Shown here: positions 61,334-64,000 of the stretch, piece by piece | How the letters are laid out: each line of letters begins with the position of its first letter | How positions within the stretch are numbered: position 1 is the first letter of the stretch | DNA from: Takakia lepidozioides | Taxonomy: Eukaryota; Plantae; Bryophyta | Length of the DNA stretch: 64,000 nucleotides | Reading direction: 5' to 3' | NCBI GenBank assembly: GCA_030704615.1 | Contig: CM060731.1 | Location: 57,474,001 to 57,538,000 of the forward strand | The notes under the pieces: model-generated | The model's input: the letters and a program-made list of their open reading frames with translations, nothing else | Told to the model about the DNA's origin: nothing | The model's database searches: none | Translations under genes and position numbers: made by a program

Positions 61334-62600
61334 CACGTTCCCTCTGCAGATGTCGTTCCCACACAGTAGTTCCCTGCTAATGATAACCGTTCCCTCCGTG
61401 CGCTGTGATGGGTTGTGCCAAACTGTGTTGGGCTGTGACTTTGCCGAGCTGTGACTGGCTGTGTAAAGATGTGTCGGGCTGTGTCGGGCTGTGACTGGCT
61501 GTGCAAAGCTGTGTCGGGCTGTGATAACCCATGACTTGACTGTGTGAGCCTGTCTACCACCCCTAAACCTGTGTGGCCTAAGTCTACCATCTGTAAGTCT
61601 GCGCAAAATTAAGGGTACCCCACAGAACCCGTAAAAACGTCCAAGTCCCAAACAACCCTCTAACATTACCCCTCCCCCTCTCAAAAAGTCGTGTCCTCAC
61701 GGTTTACTGCTTAGGACCAGCAAACCTTTGTGAGCGAGCACCCTTCTGACGGTGCGAGTCTCTTGAAGGGCTCTGTGTGTGAGCTCCAGCCTTGTCACTG
61801 GCTGATGGAGGTGATTGAGCACCAAATGGAAATGTCTGACCCGCCTGTGGTTGATAACAAGGTAACCTCTCAAGCATAGGAGATCCCTGTCGTTTCTTCT
61901 CTGCCATCTGGAGTGCATAGTCCTCCGCCATGTCAAAAGGTTCCTCTGAAAAACCAGTAGTATCAGAATCATCTTCCCCCCTGAGGTGTTTTGGCGGCCA
62001 AACGCTCCTCCAGAATCCTACGTGGTATACAATGTTGGCCCACCATGTCTGGAAGCTTAAACAATACTACTTGCTGTAAACGCTTGCAAGCAAAATGAGT
62101 GAACTCCCTGAACTCCTTGGCCGTATAGGTGAGAGGTGTGCCAATGACTTTGGAACAATGTAAGTATTTCCAAGCTTCATGTCCCTTATAGAAAATATCA
62201 TTGGGGCCCAATTTTTCTTTGACCAAGTTGTTCCAAGCCAAATTAAACCATGAACAAAGCTAGGAATCCTTCTCCACTGAAAAGAACCTCTCCTTCCAGA
62301 GCAATAGGCTCTGGTGCAACAACATGTACTAACAGAGGGACCTCTGAGACAACAGAGTCAACTGGCTGTGATGGCTGTGGTACCAAAGTGACTTCTTCTT
62401 CCCTCTCCAAAGGTCGTGCTTCCAGCAATAACAGCCCTATGTGCGGCTGTTCCCCATCTTGCACAAGAGCTATGGAAACATCATCATTTTTGCGGTTCCC
62501 TTGAAGCTAGTGGATCGGCCACTATAGGCGTGTCCCTCTTTTGTCTCTTGGACTGGTGCCCCGCCCTTCCAATCCACCTTCACTATGTGAAGAGCCTTGC
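61334..62600 (-). mobile_element. Fragment of an A-like element: partial 3' LTR (61334-61665), PPT, pieces of the 3' extra ORF
   Basis: ...CCTCTAACA then TTACCCCTCCCCCTCTC; DIFYKGH.AWKYLH, KLPDMVGQHC, EDYALQMAEKKRQGSPM match 47295-49403. Confidence 0.82.
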
Positions 62601-62890
62601 TGGACATGAACATTACCACATTTTGACCTATGTACTTTCCATGGCCACATTGATACCTCCCCCTGCAGGCTTACAGCAACTTAGAAGGCCTCCTAATCCC
62701 TTGATTGACTGCTTGGCTTGAGACAAATTGCCGTGCAAGGGCTATAACCTTGACACTCCAACACTCCCCCTCAAGGCATAGCCCTTATAGCTAATGCCCA
62801 TCAAACTAACCCCTTTCCACCAGTGTTCTCAATGTGGGACATTTTCTTTTCATTCTCCAAAACCGTTGGAACTGTGTAACAATCCACATT
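62600..62890 (-). mobile_element. Possible Copia/TRIM-type fragment (PPT-LTR junction)
   Basis: TTGAGGGGGAG-TGTTGG on - strand at ~62758-62774; no coding support. Confidence 0.3.
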
Positions 62891-62896
62891 GTCTAT

Positions 62897-63120
62897 CAGA
62901 TCACTTGTCACGCCTAGCAACAGGAGAGGCCGCCACGGGAGTAGACGACCAACTACCTGATACAGTTTATTTGCAGTGGAGGTGCAAGGAAGTGCAGATG
63001 ATTGGTTAGATTGGTAGTGGCCAATCAGATACTACCTTACTCATGGTCAGTGCCCACCTAGTTATGGGAAGGAGCAGAGGAAGAGAATAGCTATCAAGGC
63101 TTTACCTTATACTATGGTAG
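62897..63120 (+). pseudogene. Family A-like pol fragment (RNase H/integrase junction), inverted
   Basis: DHLSRLATGEAATGVDDQLPD..WLDW..YGKEQRKRIAIKALPYTMV. Confidence 0.8.
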
Positions 63121-63400
63121 TTTTGTTGATAAAATTTGCAAATTTGCAACGTTCAGGAGTTTTGTTTTTGTTCTGCATGAAATCTACTTGGTTCTCATTG
63201 CCAATGACATCTCCCCCGTGTCTGAAAATTTCCTTCCTGGGCTTTTGGCTCAGCCTCGAGACTATCAAAGTTGGTAAACAGAGGCTCAGACAGAATTCCA
63301 TTGATAGTTTTGAAGAGGGCGTCTCTCTTTGAGGTTGATATGATGTGAGACGCTATTTGTAGCATTTTTAGACATTGAAACCTTCAAGGTACCTCTGTTA

Positions 63401-64000
63401 TCAAGTCAAACGGCCAGGCTTGTAAACAACTTCAAACTCAAACTCGTGCAAGATTATTAACCACCTTGCTATCCTGCCACTTATCAAAGGCTTGTTCACC
63501 AGATAAATCAGAGCATGATGATCCACATAAAACATAAACTTCCTTCCCAATAGGTAATGCCTGAATTTCTTGACTGCATAAATCATTGCCAATGCTTCTC
63601 TTTCAGTTGTGCTATAGTTCCTTTCAGCATTGTTCATCAACCTGCTAGCATAGTACACACGTGAATCTATGTTTCCTGTAGCATTTTGGGCTAACACTAC
63701 TCCCAATGCTTCTCCTGAGGCATCACAATGCACATGAAATACTACATGCCAGTGAGGGTTAATCAGCACAGATGTAGTTGTTACTGACAATGTAAGTTCC
63801 TCAAAAGCCTATTGACATTCAGCTGTCCATGCAAACACTGCATCTTTCTTCAGAAGCTTGCTCAATTGTGCTGCTGTCTGTGCATACCGTCTCACAAATC
63901 TTCTGTAATAACTGGTTTGTCCAAGGAATCTCCTTAGACTCTTAACATTTCCTAGTGGTGGAGAGGCTTTAATAGCCTCTATCTTTCTGGGATCCACAAG
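63401..64000 (-). pseudogene. pol: Family A-like RT-connection/RNase H fragment running off the window
   Basis: RFLGQTSYYRRF, HCDASG, YSTTEREAL, VDH. Confidence 0.9.

Overview
Eukaryotic, plant-like nest of transposable elements; no prokaryotic features, RNA genes or intact host genes were seen. From left to right: (1) a deleted non-chromovirus Ty3/Gypsy copy (family A, 1-7750, +). (2) A 29.3-kb CACTA element (8055-37309; 32-bp TIRs, TGG TSD) that interrupts a spliced C2H2-finger ORF. It carries foldback-like repeats, a 5'-truncated LINE with a 17-bp TSD, and an unusual Ty3/Gypsy element (family C). (3) A chromovirus (family B, 39415-46154, -). (4) A second, nearly complete family A copy (46155-60638, -) with extra ORFs and a nested solo LTR. 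(5) Scrambled fragments of a related family. The standout is element C. Its polyprotein reads Gag-PR-[DNMT3-like C5 cytosine methyltransferase]-RT-RNaseH-INT-[PHD finger]. It has a probable self-priming site instead of a tRNA PBS. It is integrated in a circularly permuted 'split-LTR' form (P-internal-Q-gc-P-t-Q), with TGTC...GACA ends and a 4-bp TSD (CGGC) that becomes visible once a 3.2-kb inversion is undone. Many frameshifts may be sequencing/consensus errors.
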